A DNA stretch of 64,000 nt from Scyliorhinus canicula (GCF_902713615.1 NC_052154.1:92139030-92203029), one strand, 5' to 3'; shown: positions 13,258 to 25,849, numbered from the stretch's first letter. The notes: generated by a model from the letters alone, not told the origin. Made by a program: numbers and translations.

Positions 13258-13674
13258 TGGTAAGATAAAGCCAACTTCAAAAATGATCCTATTAGTTGCA
13301 TATGTTGTGTTTATTTGTTCGCCGGTTGCGAGCGGCGATGGTAACGCGACATTAATTGTCCATTCTAATATACGCAGTTTATTTAAATAGAACGTTCCTT
13401 CAAATGATACATTCCTCGTTTCAGAAGGGGCAGCAACATGCCTGTGCCTTATAATGCATGAAACAATGTATCGCGTCATGAGCGCAAGAAGAAAGGTTAG
13501 TCTTTCAAATGGCTCCCCATAATAAATACAGTTATGATTCACAACTGTTGGTGGGTATTTAATTAATCTATGTTCCTCTGCCTCTCTCTCATTCTCTCCT
13601 CTCTCTCATTCACTCTCTTTATATCATTATTAACAATCAGAATTTTTTTCGAAAAAGTGTTTATTCCATGTCAA

Positions 13675-13800
13675 ACTAAGGAAATCCGGCATGTCCACAT
13701 TGACTCTTACCGACTTTTACAGATGCACCATAGAAAGCACCCTATCTGGTTGCATCACAGCCTGGTATAGCAACTGCTAGACCCAAGGCCGTCAGAAACT
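13675..13800 (+). mobile_element. Rex1/Babar LINE fragment
   Basis: Translates GMSTLTLTDFYRCTIESTLSGCITAWYSNC, the characteristic Rex1 ORF C-terminal motif. Confidence 0.75.
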
Positions 13801-13802
13801 AC

Positions 13803-13895
13803 GAAGACGAAAGGGAAAGTGTGGAAAATCTCAGCAAGTCCGGCAGCATCTGCAGGGAGAGAACATTTCGAGTCCGATGACTCTTTGTCAAAACT
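13803..13895 (-). mobile_element. Penelope-type terminal repeat fragment with a degenerate hammerhead core
   Basis: Minus strand reads tttgacaaagagtcatcggactcgaaatgtt: a mutated CUGANGA, stem GAGUC/GACUC and GAAA. Confidence 0.5.
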
Positions 13896-14003
13896 CAAAG
13901 CTTTGTCAGTTTCAGTTCTACAGTCTAAAATTAATCTCATGACATAAGTCACTGACATTAAATTAAGGAGACCACCCTAATTTGAGCGAAAAGGTAGTCT
14001 ACT

Positions 14004-14325
14004 TGCACAGCACGGTAGCATAGTGGTTAGTACTGTGGCTTCACAGCTCCAGGGTCCCAGGTTCCATTCCCTGCTGGGTCACTGTTTGTGCGGAGTCTGC
14101 AAGTTCTCCACATGTCTGCGTGGTTTCCTCCGGCTGCTCCGGTTTCCTCCCACAGTCCAAAGATGTGCAGGTTAGGCGGATTGTCCATGATAAATTGCCC
14201 TTAGTGTCCACAAAGGTTAGGAGGGGTTATTGGGTTCCTGGGATTGGGTGGAAGTGAGGGCTTAAGTTTGTTGGTACAGACTGGATGGGCCAAATTGCCT
14301 CTTTCTGAATGTTCTATGTTCGATG
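14004..14325 (+). mobile_element. tRNA-derived SINE with CR1-type tail
   Basis: cacggtagcatagtggttag head, shared body, and atgttctatgttc tail. Confidence 0.85.
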
Positions 14326-14666
14326 TGCATATCAGAGTCATTACCAAATTTAGAGGTCGTGCATCAATGAGCAAATTGGCTTAAGAAGAAATATAAGCAC
14401 ACTGCCAAGCAATTTGGACCCAACCTGCTCTGTCATTAAATCATACCCCGATTGCTGTGTATTAAACTTCATCTGCACAGCCTAACCAAAATTGTCCTTG
14501 CTTGACAAAATCCTGTCTGTCTTAAATTTCAAGGAACAGGATTTTTTCAGGAAGTAATTACATCACTCCAATACATGTTCTCATATGTAAAATTACCTCT
14601 CATGAAATTGCATTCGCTCCAAATCCACACTGCACCCAGTGTATGGGCAATGCATTATAGATGACG

Positions 14667-14958
14667 GGCCGCACGTTGGCACACACTGCGTCAGGGACTA
14701 GGGATCGGTTTGGATGACTGCTTCTGTGGAGTCTGCACGTTCGCCCCGTTTCTCTGTGGTTTTCCTCCGGGTGCTCCGTTTCCCCCTCTCCGACAGTACA
14801 AAAATATGGCGGTGATGTGTATTGGCCATGCTAAATTGCCCCCGAGTATCCAACGGTGTACAGCTTAGATGAATTGGCCATGATCAATACGCGGGTGGGG
14901 ATTGGGCGGGATAGTAGTCCGAGGTGGAACGTTCTTTCAATGGGACGGTGCAGACTCA
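14667..14958 (+). mobile_element. Diverged SINE
   Basis: Shared body motifs tttcctccgggtgctccg and attggccatgctaaattgccc. Confidence 0.7.
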
Positions 14959-14959
14959 T

Positions 14960-15283
14960 CATAGAACATAGAACAGTACAGCACAGAACAGGCCCTTCGG
15001 CCCTCGATGTTGTGCCGAGCAATGATCACCCTACTTAAACCCACATAACCCGTATACCAACAATCCCCCCATTAACCTTACACTACGGGCAATTTAGCAT
15101 GGCCAATCCACCTAACCCGCACATCTTTGGACTGTGGGCGGAAACTGGAGCACCCGGAGGAAACACACGCACACACGGGGAGGACGTGCAGACTCCACAC
15201 AGACAGTGACCCAGCCGGGAATCGAACCTGGGACCCTGGAGCTGTGAAGCATTGATGCTAACCACCATGCTACCGTGAGGCCC
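14960..15283 (-). mobile_element. Full-length young SINE with CR1-type (TTCTATG)n tail
   Basis: Near-identical to the copies at 1020-1204 and 41969-42314. Confidence 0.9.
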
Positions 15284-17020
15284 CTGAATCCACTTGCGCT
15301 CGATCCACTCGATCGACCTCCTTCTGCGCTGTAGCATTGCAGCGAACTTTATCCTGTTACCAAATTTCTGCCCAACGAATCCTCAATAGTGCCTTACCTT
15401 CCACCAATTCATGTTCCAGTGCTCCTGAGATAGAGCACAATTTAATATTCAACTCCATTTTAAATGACTGCATGTATCTGCGCCCTGGCGTTTAGTGATT
15501 TCAGCAAACAAAGCCCAGATACAATACGTTCGAAGTGGATGACTTCACTCCAATCTCCAGTTGCTTCAGTTTTATCCAATCTTTTTTCCAATATCTCTTA
15601 CAAATTGTTTTTTAATTCTTTCTTGTGATCTACACGTCGCTGGCTAGGGCGGCTTTTGTTGCCCACCCCTAACTGCTCTCGAGGAGGCTCTGGTGAGGTC
15701 CCTTTTGAACTACTGCAGCCCGACTGTTGCAGGTACAGCCTCTGTGAGCTGTACACGGTAAACTGTGTTACCCAATTCGTCTGGTGTACAGACTAAACCA
15801 TGCGCTCCCGATTTCTGTTTTCGTAATTTCTAAAAATATTTAAAATGTGCGTTTTTGCATATGCCCAAGCGTCACACTAGTCACAATATGCGAATTCTAG
15901 GGCCTAAATTATCTTGCCTAAATTTTATTTCCTACATTGAAAGGAATTCTCTCTCCGGTGTAGTATATTGTCGCAATGTTTGGTTTAAAACGATATCTTA
16001 TTTGAAAGAGTGTCGAACGTTTTTAATGAGCGTATATAAAAACACACAGAAACACGGTCTTCTTTATCACGTCGAGTAACTCCACATGAAAGGTGAAATT
16101 GTTAAATTGCAATCCCAGCTATTAGTCGCGGCTATTCCTGCACATATTCCATATTTAATTTCGTTCACCACATATATTGAGTCAGTTGAAATGCGCTATA
16201 AGTTTGGCTTTTTGAGCTGATGTTTGCGCTTCGATTTCTGAACTAATACTATAAATGTGAATAATTCATGGCTCGCATGCTGCTGTTACATCGACAAAAT
16301 CAATAACGATTGTTTTTCCACGCTTGAAACAGTGTTTATGAATTCTTAATAAAATGAGCTTATGGATAACAAACTAATGTCGTTACTGATTTTGAAACTG
16401 ATTTTACTGATCTTTGCATTCAGTTCCACGGTACATCACTCTCCTTTCTATCACTATTGAAAATAGCATTTCAGTTCCGTGAAAGCAGCTTGTAAATGAC
16501 TCAATCGCAGTTTTGCGTCTAACTCTGTGCAGCATCTGTCCAACACAACCTTTCGTCAATTTCCGCGAGGGGTTCGCGCACAGACGTTTTATTAAAGTAG
16601 CCCCTAAAGTATCAATTATATTCACTTGGCTTTACTAAAATTCTTTGCTGGGATAGATGTTGGAAATGGCACACTCATTCAGCAGGCAGAAGCTGCTCTG
16701 CAAAGACCAATTGGCCTGAAAATAATGTCGTTATTGTCAATAGATTTTCTTCAACTTGGTCGCAAATGTGGATTTAATCACTTCAGGAAATGCGCAATCA
16801 GAATTAAAGTGTCTCTCGTTAATAAGTTAAAATTTATTTCGGAAAATAAAATGCACATTATCTTATCCGCAGTGAAGAATGTAAATACTTTATATTTATC
16901 AACCTATGTCTTGCTCTGTAATGTAGGTCACACGACATCCGCACTGGTGGTTCATGTTTGATGTTCATTATGCAATAACGCTTTTCCGTCATAAAAGTGA
17001 AGCATGTTATTTCAATTAGC

Positions 17021-17360
17021 GGGGAGATGATTGTTTAGCGGTAATATCGCTGGACTGATAATCCAGAAGCCTAGAATAACTTTCTGCGAATATGGGATCA
17101 AATCCCACCATGACAATGGCAGAATCTAAATACAACTAATAAGCATGAACGGTGAAGGTAATGTCAGTGACGATTACTGCGGCGATGATAACGATCATCC
17201 ACTGCTCTTAACACCCATCTGGTTTTCTAATGGCCTTTAGGGAAGAAAATCCACACTGCTCACCTGTTGGACTTTGAGTTGGTGTTCTAAGACTTCTTAC
17301 TGTGCTGACCTGATGTAGCATTCAGTGGTTGACTGAATTGAACTCCGCAGTTGTCGAGGA
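17021..17360 (+). mobile_element. Old tRNA-derived SINE (SacSINE1/Deu-like), with a Penelope-end fragment at about 17265-17310
   Basis: tRNA-like head (ggtaatatcgctggactgataatccag...gatcaaatcccacc) and acccatctggttttctaatggcctttagggaag. The segment acctgttggacttt...taagacttcttactgtgct matches the palindromic elements. Confidence 0.5.
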
Positions 17361-18334
17361 AGTCATCTCTTTCAAAGGCAACGAGGAACGAGTAACTTGC
17401 ACTAATTTTCCATCAATTATTTTTAAATGTTCCATGGTTTCATTCATGTTCAGTTTTAGGCATTCAGAATAACTTGTTGCTGTTTGATTTTCTGTTAATT
17501 TAAAGTTGTATCTTGTTCAATACCCATTAGTTCTGCTTCTCACACATATCTGTTGCATGGAAGAGTTATCTAACCATAGCAGCAGTTGAGCTATTAACTC
17601 TTGCCCGTGCTGCAGTGATTCAAACAATAGATTTCGGTCACTTCATTGCGACACAATGAAACACAATGTGTGGTTTCAATAGTTCAACTATTAAACGTTG
17701 TACACAACGTTTCACAATATACACACAAAGCATTTAGAGATCACGTACTAAAAATATTCTTCACATATTATGGAACGCCCACCATTTCACAATTTGCAGG
17801 TGGAAACGTTCATCTATGCCATGCCTGAATTTTAGTGTTGTCAAACACCCTTTATTCTTTTTGTAAATGTATACCTTCAAATTCAGGTGTTTGACGTTCG
17901 AGCTGCTATACTTTGTACAAAGAATGTGTATTCACATTTTTATTTACTTAGGGATATGTCACCGCCCTTTGCTCTCGCCAATGGTTTGCTTTAAAAATCA
18001 ATGCTCCCTTTGCTGTGATGTAATTCGATAGAAAGCAGGATAAATCGTGGGATGTTTTATGACACAGAATTAATTAATATGCACAGCCAGGAAAAAAAAC
18101 TCCTGGTCAGTGGGCGCAACCGATAATTAAGTCTTCCCCGTGCAAAGGAAACATTGTCAGTATGTATGTCAGGTATGCCTGTAACTATTGGGGGTGACAA
18201 AATACACATCGTCCATACCAATTTGCAGCTTGTAATTTAGTTAATCCATATTGGTTCATGGACGTGGGTGTCACTGGTTACACCAGAATTTATTGTCCAT
18301 TCCAAATCGGATTCGGAACAGTGGTGATGTGCTA

Positions 18335-21300
18335 CATTCAATAACCAAATGCTTGATCTTCAATGCTTGAAGATGCGGTTCTAGTGCCTGGACCGCACTG
18401 GAGCGGCCCTGCAGTATGATGGTGAGAGTGTCGTACGCATTGCGGTGTCCTGCTGCATCCTCCATAACATTGTGCAGCAGAGGGGCGATGTGCTATGGGA
18501 GAAGGATGAAGGCCAGGCCTCATTGGAAGAGGCGGACTCAGAGGAGGGCGAGGGTGGGCAGAACATGAGCCGAGGCAGGCACGGGAGGCCACATGACCTG
18601 TGCGGGACACTCTGCTCACCAACACGTTCACCGGCTAGGAATAAAGGGGAGACTGACAATAGGGACGGACATTGCATCTCATCCCCAAACTCCCACACTT
18701 CCCCTCCCCTAGTCACCCCTGCCGACAATTCCCTCCACAATACATACCTGATGCACTACTGGGTGGTATCTCTTGGTTGGCAGTAACGCCAGGTCTGGTC
18801 AATGAGATGGAGGATGGTGACGACCCATTCTGCAAAGAGCTCTGGTACTCTGCATCATTTGATGTCTGACTCCAGCCCACGGTCGCACTTCCACCGTCTG
18901 CCTGGGTGATCCCTCCATGCGAGTTCGCCATTTCATTACACGTTTCCATCGAATCCCTGAGGTGATGGTGGTGGGGAGCATGGGGCGCACACAATGTCTG
19001 CCCATTCCTCCCTCCCCCTAACATCCACTGACTTGACTTCCCTGTCATCCCAGAGTAGCCCACCCTCACACCCATCAGAGAGAGCATTGAGGCATGTTGT
19101 AACAGTGGTAACAGTTGTTTTTTCTGGAAAAATCTTTACAAATTCGTGCATTAGCCCCTATAACTAAACTTTCCGTAGTATCCATGCCAACTTAATTGGT
19201 GTCTACATTCCAGGCCTTACGGGCCAGAATGTTACATCTAGGTGTATCCCCAGACGGTACAACAGGAGTGGAAGTGGCCTGCTGTGATTCCAATGCTATG
19301 ACATGGATCCCTGTTGGTAGTGGTCTTCTGGGGCAATGGGCCTGGATAGACCCGGCGGCTGCTTGGGTGTCCCAGGTGGCATGATGCCTTTCTTTTCTAT
19401 CCACTGTTCACCAGGTGCACCAGCAACAGGAGGGAGGTAGTCCGTTGTGTAGCAGTGTACCAGCACCTACCCTGTGGGTGTCAGCAGCACGAGCCCCATT
19501 GCCTCCTCTTCCCTCTTGGTGCCCGATGGCTCCTGAGCTACTCCATGGCGTGAGCCAATGAGTACAGCTATCCCCTGAGGCTTCCTCCACAACTGAAGCT
19601 ACCAGTCCTGGAGGCCTGCTCTGATCTCAACCAGGGTCTGCATGCTTGCAGCCATGGAGCACATGGGTTGGTCCATTGCCGTCTGAGATTGTGCCACATC
19701 ACGATGCGACTGTGCCACCATGATCTGTGTTTCTGTCACATGAGCCAATGACTGTTTGGGATGGAGATCCATATTTTATCCCAGCAACAGCGAAGGAAGA
19801 GCGATATATTTCCAAGTCAGAATGGTGAGTGACTTGTAGATAAACCTCCAAGTGGTGGGGTTCACAGATGCCTGCTTTTGTTGTCCTTCTAGATGGCAGT
19901 GGTCTGGGGTTTGGAAGGTGCTGTCGAAGGAACCTTAGTGAGTACTGCAGTGCATCTTGTAGATGGTACACACGTTTGCCACTGTTCATCGGTGTTGGAA
20001 AGTTTGCAAGTTTGTGGAAGGAGGGGTAATCTAGCTGACTGCCTTATCTTGGATGGTGTCGAACTTCTTGAGTGCTGTTGGAGCTGTACTCATTTAGGAA
20101 AGTGGAGAGTATTCCATTACACTCCTGACTTGTTCCTTTTAGATGGTTGGCAGGCTTTGAGGAGTCAGGAGGTGAGTAACTCGCTGTAAGATTCCCAGCT
20201 TTCTATTTGCCCTGCTAGCCACAGTATTAATGTGGCTAGTCCAGTTCAATTTCTGATCAATGATAACACCCAGCATGTTGATTCTTGGTGATTCAGCAAT
20301 CGTAATGCCATTGAATGTGACCAGACTACTTTAGCCAGTGGCTGTGAAATGTGTTGTGGGGGTGAGAGTTGGAGTCAGGGTGGTGTGGGGGTGAGGGTCG
20401 GGGTGGAGGTGGTGGCTAGGAGGCGTTGGGGGGTGTTCTTGACACATAACTCAGCAGTGTCTTAATTTCTCACCCACGGCCGATCTTCAATTCAGGGACA
20501 ACCCTTTCCTCTGCGTCACAAACCAAATTCAGGGCCCTTTGCTCTGCCACTGTCAGGGCCGCAGGTTCACCAGTTCTCCTCCTGTCTTCTCCCGCACCCG
20601 GAAGTGTGTGTGGCCTTCTCCTGGGGAGGAGGGTGAGGATGGGGGGAATGCAGACGCAGGAAACGACAGTGTTACACAGTCTGACTCAAGCAGTGCAGAG
20701 GGTGGTAGGTGATGGACACAGTGGCCAAGGCACCAGGCCATGCTGGCCGGTATGCGATCCAGGGTGGGGGTTTAGCTGCCCTCTGGTGGGACTGCAGGGT
20801 TATGGGTGTGTGGGAGGGAGATTGGTGCTTGGGGCATACAGCTGCCTACACACCGTGGCCCTCCTCAGCAGGTTATGCAGGTTTTACCGGCACTGCTGAC
20901 CTGTCCCAATTGTGTTGCCCACAGTGCTCATGGTCTCTGCTACCTGCGCCCGGGCACTGCAAACAGCAACTTCATACCCAGGCCGGAGTACAGGGCCATC
21001 CCAAGCTCCTCCACTCCATCCAACATAGTCTCTAGCTCAGTATGTGCGTACCTTGGGGCTGCTCTCTTCGCTGGCATCTTGCTGGCTGGGATGGTGTGTG
21101 TGGGGGAGAATTGTTTTTCTATGGCTGCAGCTTGTCAGCCTTTGGCTGTAAATCGCAAAACTGGGGCATCTCGCACCATTTCTCATTCGAAATTGCTGTG
21201 TTCATGTGGCGACAGTGCAAGCCCCTGAACAGTCACAGAATCAGTGCAGGTGCAGCGCTGGTTTTCTGCCGGCTATGCTGTTGTGATAGCCATTGCTATT

Positions 21301-21442
21301 CAATGACACTTGGTCACTTTTTTCGGCGCTGGGAAGTTTCTCACCGGTTGAGCCCGCCGACCGGAGAAGGTCAACGCACTTCTCCATTGTCCATGTCTCG
21401 CCATTGCATTCTCGCGGAGGATAGGGTGGAAGAATCCAGCCC
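18335..21442. mobile_element. Degenerate PIF/Harbinger DNA transposon (DDE transposase 3' end on +, Myb/SANT gene on -)
   Basis: Plus strand: LKMRF.CLDRTGAALQY...CCILHN (18335-18620). Minus strand: MPAKRAAPRYAHTELETMLDGVEE...GQQCR*NLHNLLR (21077-20840). A TIR-like gaagaatccagccc lies at 21429-21442. Confidence 0.7.
19760..20330 (-). mobile_element. L2/CR1-clade LINE 3' fragment nested in the Harbinger relic
   Basis: Minus-frame fragments FDTIQDKA and LRQHLPNPRPLPSRRT. Confidence 0.65.
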
Positions 21443-22943
21443 TTCGAAGATTTCTTAGTACTGGAGAGCTGAACTCAGAGATTGGGCCACCATGTTAAAA
21501 GCGTGCCCCGAGCACTAAATGAGTTTGTGGGTCCCCATCAACCCCGTCCCCGCACTCCGTTGGGCAATGCCACACCTGCCACTCACATGTACACTACCCG
21601 ACACCTTCCAAATTAGGACACACCGCTGTGGGGTGCCTGGGCCCTTCTTTTTCAGGCCTGGCCAAGCCACCTTACAGCACCTCTTCCTTCTAGGACCCCT
21701 ACCAATCACCTACTCAACCACCCTGAGGCTCGGGCTTACCTGCTCTGCACGCCCCGGCCATTCAAACACCGCCCCGCTCCACCCTCATTTGAAGATCAGG
21801 GCCCCTCTTGCCCCCTGACCCTTGGCACTGCCACCCTACCATTCGGGCACCCTTGTACTACCACTCTGGCACACAGACAGTGCACATGTCGGCTTGGCAG
21901 CGCCAACAGGCACGTGGGTAGTGCCATGGTAGCAGTGCCAAGTTGCCATCTCAGCAGTGCCAATGTGCGCACATTCCAAGGGAAGGGCCAGAGAGCTACC
22001 CTGCACTTACCCTGACCACCCAAGCGTGTCCGGTAGACAGTGTGATCTCCCGGCGGCAGAGATGGGTCACGCGCCGGGTAGACCAACCGCATGTTCTCCC
22101 CACCCCCTCGACACCCCCTCCCCCCACGCAGCCAAGCAGCACACACTCTGCATCCAATCCATCCCTCACACCGTGCAGACAGAAGGCCGAGTCATATCGC
22201 AGCGTCGGTGAACAATCATTTATTGGTCACAAAGCTATGTACAGTAACTGTGCCTTAGCCCCACCGCCTCACCTCTCTCGGGATACCCGATGACCCCCAA
22301 GCTACTCACTGTGATGGGGGTGCGGCTGAACAGGTTACAGTGCTCCACAGTCACCTGGCGCTGCCAGTCATGGAGGCCCGCTGTTGTATCGATCAGAGTC
22401 TCCATGCTCACAACTCTGGTGCACAAGGATGCTGCCATGTCCCTTTGGGACTGTGCTGCATCCCTCTGGCACTGTGCCATATCCCTCGTGGACTGTACCA
22501 CGTCACTCAGTGACTGTGCCAGTTCCCTCTGTGTCTGGTTTAGGTTTGCCAGCACCTGGCTAATGCTCTCGATGGCAGCAGCCATGACCTGTCTTGACTG
22601 GGCCCCGATCAGAACCGCCTCAGTAATGTCCTTGTGGCTCTGGTCCATTCAATGTGCAGTGGGCTGGCTGTTAAATCGCAGCCCTATTCTGTGCCTCAAC
22701 CATCGGCAATGCAATGTGAGCCTGGCTTTGGACAGCCTGAGCCACAGCCCATACCTTCACACCAAAAGCCTCCACAATGGACGCCACCTGTCTGCTTTCT
22801 GCCTAGGTGACACCCATGGTTGCCATTGCCTCCTGCTCCTGCAGGTGGTTGGACTCCACCAACTGAACCTGCAGACGTTGAATGGTGGCTGATACAACCT
22901 CGGTGAGTTCCCGGCTCTGTATCTGCATCTCTAACATTGATAG

Positions 22944-23171
22944 CAGTAATAAGTCTTACAACACAAGGTTAAAGTCCAACAGGTTTGTTTCAAACACTAG
23001 CTCAGAGCACTGCTCCTTCCTCAGCTGAAGGAAGGAGCAGTGCTTCCTTCACCTGAGGAAGGAGCAGTGCTCCGAAAGCTAGTGTTTGAAACAAACCTGT
23101 TGGACTTTAACCTGGTGTTGTAAGACTTCTTATTGTGCCTTCTCCAATCCAGCACCGGCATCTTCACATCA
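22944..23171 (+). mobile_element. Palindromic Penelope-type mini-element with hammerhead motifs and a 12-bp TSD
   Basis: Inverted arms of about 55 bp. TSD taacattgatag (22932-22943) / taactttgatag (23172-23183). Confidence 0.8.
23050..23084 (+). ncRNA. Minimal type I hammerhead ribozyme motif
   Basis: CAC-CUGAGGA-A-GGAGC(AGU)GCUCC-GAAA-GCUA-GUG. The core is intact, with stem II of 5 bp, stem I CAC/GUG, palindromic AGCU in place of stem III, and a predicted cut after CUA at 23081. Activity is untested. Confidence 0.65.
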
Positions 23172-23552
23172 TAACTTTGATAGGACACCCCTTTCCAGAG
23201 ATGCGGGACCGATCTGGGTAGCAGCTGATCCGTGGGTCAGGATGTATTTTGTTTCCTCTGTCCATTGGGGGGTCCCCACTTCCACCTGATATGCAACTGC
23301 ATGTGTGTGGTGCGCACCAGATAGTGTCACAGGAGCCTCTTCATTAATGTGCCCAACCGAGGTGAGTGTCTCTGCGATAGTGGAGATAGTGGAGACAGCA
23401 GTGATGAAAATTCAGTGTTGTCCCCAAAGGTGTGCTCCAACGTGTGTTGAGTTGTGACAGGAGGCATGGGGCTTTGTAAGGTCCTCGCCCATTAGCCCGG
23501 TGGGCCATAAAGTTGTGGCTGGGGGTGGTCCTGCCTAGTTGGGAGGTGATTC

Positions 23553-23777
23553 TTTTTATAATATATTTAGAGTATATTTACAGTATTATTTTTCCAATTA
23601 AGGGGAAAATTAGCATGTCCAATCCATCTAACTTGCACATCATTGGGTTGTGGCGGTGAAACCCACGCAGACATGGGGAGAATGTGCAAACTCCACATGG
23701 ACAGTGACCCAGGACCGGGATTCGAACCAGGGTCCTCAGTGCTGCAGTCTCAATGCTATCCACTGTGCCATATGCCC
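23553..23777 (-). mobile_element. tRNA-derived SINE, A-rich-tail subtype
   Basis: ttttccaattaagggg...aaacccacgcagacatggggag...ggattcgaaccaggg. Confidence 0.8.
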
Positions 23778-24519
23778 CCCTGGGTGGTGATTTGTACAGA
23801 AAAAAGGCAAGTCGAATGGCTAGATCATAGCTAGGCGTGATGCGGGGTGGGCTGAGTCACGTTCCATAGGGATGTCACAATGCAGTGGGGACTCACTTGG
23901 TTATGCCATGTTGACTCCCACCTCTGTGACAGCTTGATCTCCCATCCTGCAGACTAGAACCATGCCCTGTACTCTGTGATGGTGCATGGCGGTACATCAA
24001 ACGGGTCCCATCCAATTCTTTCCTGGTCCCTGCGGTTGTGGCCTGCCGTCTCCAGAGGTAGCAGATGATGCACAGTGTGAGACACACAGGCAGCACAGGG
24101 GGTAAGGGAGTGGGGAGTACTTGAGAGACAGAGGTAGTGCCAGGGGCATGGTGGTGCAGGTGCCCTGGCCACTCTGAGAAGTTAGTGCATCTTCTTCTTG
24201 CACTGCTTCCCGTTACTGGTGGTGGGGCCCACGATGCTCCAGGCCTCTGCCAACTGCACCCAGGCCCGGTTAACATCGGCTTGTGGCAGGCTCCATTCCA
24301 CCCCGGGTAATATGGTGCCCGGCCCATCCCCATGGCATCCAGTAACGTCTCCAGCTCTGCATTGCCGAAACACATGGAGGTTTTCTGGGGTGGCATCATC
24401 TGGCTGGAATGAGAGTATGTGGGGAGTGGAGTGCTTAAACACATTTCCAGCTTGTCAGACTCTCCAGTGCCAATCCAGACCACTATGAATCCGGGCCAGC
24501 GTCTGTTGGAATTGCACTA

Positions 24520-24915
24520 AAGAAAAGAAAGAATAAAGAACAATACAACTCAGGAACAGGCTCTTTGGCCCTCCAAACCAGAGCCAATCGCGTGACCCAT
24601 CTAGACCAATCGCCTGTATCCTTCTATACCCCGTCTGTTCATGTCTTAATGGTCACTGACGTAACTGCCTCAACCACCTAACTTTGCAGTGAATTCCAGG
24701 CCACAGCCAACCTCTGTGTAAAGAATCTCCCCCGCATATCTCTACTAAACCTTGCCCCCCTCACCTTGAACTTCTGCTCCCTTGTAATTGTCAATACTGT
24801 CCTGTGAACCAACTGTTCACCCTATCTATACCCCTAATAATTTTATAAACATCTATCAAGTTGCCCCTCAGCCTTCGTCTCTCCGGGGAGAACAATCCCA
24901 ATTCATTCAATACTA
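24520..24915 (-). mobile_element. CR1 3' fragment
   Basis: ELGLFSPERRRLRGNLIDVYKIIRGIDRV plus a CR1-like 3' UTR. Confidence 0.75.
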
Positions 24916-25849
24916 GTTCCACATGGCACACAGGCCGGCTAATTTGCATGTCCTGAATTGCTCCAGCAGTCATATCCCCATCATCATTGTTGCATTCACG
25001 TGATTCAGACCCTCTGAAATGGAGAATCCAATCCTAACTGTTCCGCTGCTCCTGAAGAGTGAATTGTACTTCTGTTTCGGTTGCTATTCGGTAAGCGATT
25101 CAGGATACGCAAATGACCCACCACTCTCCACGCATGAATTAAGAGCAATTCCTGGTATTACGATCCCTGGATATACCCTAACCCTGGCTAGGATACAGGG
25201 CAGAAACCCCAATGTTTCTTTTTCATTTTGTAAGACTGTGAGGAAAGAATACCTCGCTCCAGGAGTGATTTCACGATGAAATAATGAAATGCTAGATTAA
25301 AACAAACTTTCTTACCAATGCAGTATAAAAATATCTTCAGCATGACATGCGAAAATAACTTACAATTACCCCGTAACCAATGTCAACCAATGCACAGTAA
25401 CACTTCGCTCCTACATTTATTTGCACTCGAACAACAATGTGCAGCTCCCAATCCAGTGTTAAATAGTATTTGCACTGAGGAATACTTGCTTCACAGAGAT
25501 GGTCTTTGTAAGAGAGATCTCTTGGCACTGAGTTGAAGAAATAAAAGTGAATCCCGTCAGAACCATGCAGAAATTCTGGCTGTATTCCTTCAGAAAATGT
25601 GTTTCTGCTTGTTTCAGCTCAACTTCCAATCAATGATTCTGAACTCCTTGGAACGACTGCTAATGTGGCTGGAGACATATTTGTAACTGAACTGAAGTGA
25701 AATTAAAGTGCTTGACTGCTGCTCGCAGTTCCATTTTAATTTCAATTGATCAGATTTTGGGAAACATGTCTCGTTATCTTAACTCCACCCAGTAACTACA
25801 TCATTTTTCAAAATTAAAATATAATTAACTCAATCGGAATCCCCCTCAA

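Larger units (their letters stand above)
21500..24480 (-). mobile_element. Second degenerate Harbinger element, Myb/SANT-domain gene remnants
   Basis: FGNAELETLLDA and AWVQLAEAWSIVGPTTSNGKQCKKKMH (about 24150-24400). A coiled-coil, Q/A-rich C-terminal part spans 22235-22900. Confidence 0.65.

Noticed and set aside
14004-14080. tRNA genes at SINE heads throughout the window
   Set aside because: Only degenerate A/B boxes fused to SINE bodies are present, with no complete cloverleaf.
16400-16961. GIDVGNGTLI (J-like GNGT) suggesting a third V exon
   Set aside because: No upstream Cys, Trp or DxGxYxC in any frame, so it is treated as chance.
25618-25700. Possible distal cytoplasmic exons of gene 1 (also about 17800-17830)
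   Set aside because: Only AG acceptors and short frames are present, with no motif support, and gene 1 already has an in-frame stop.
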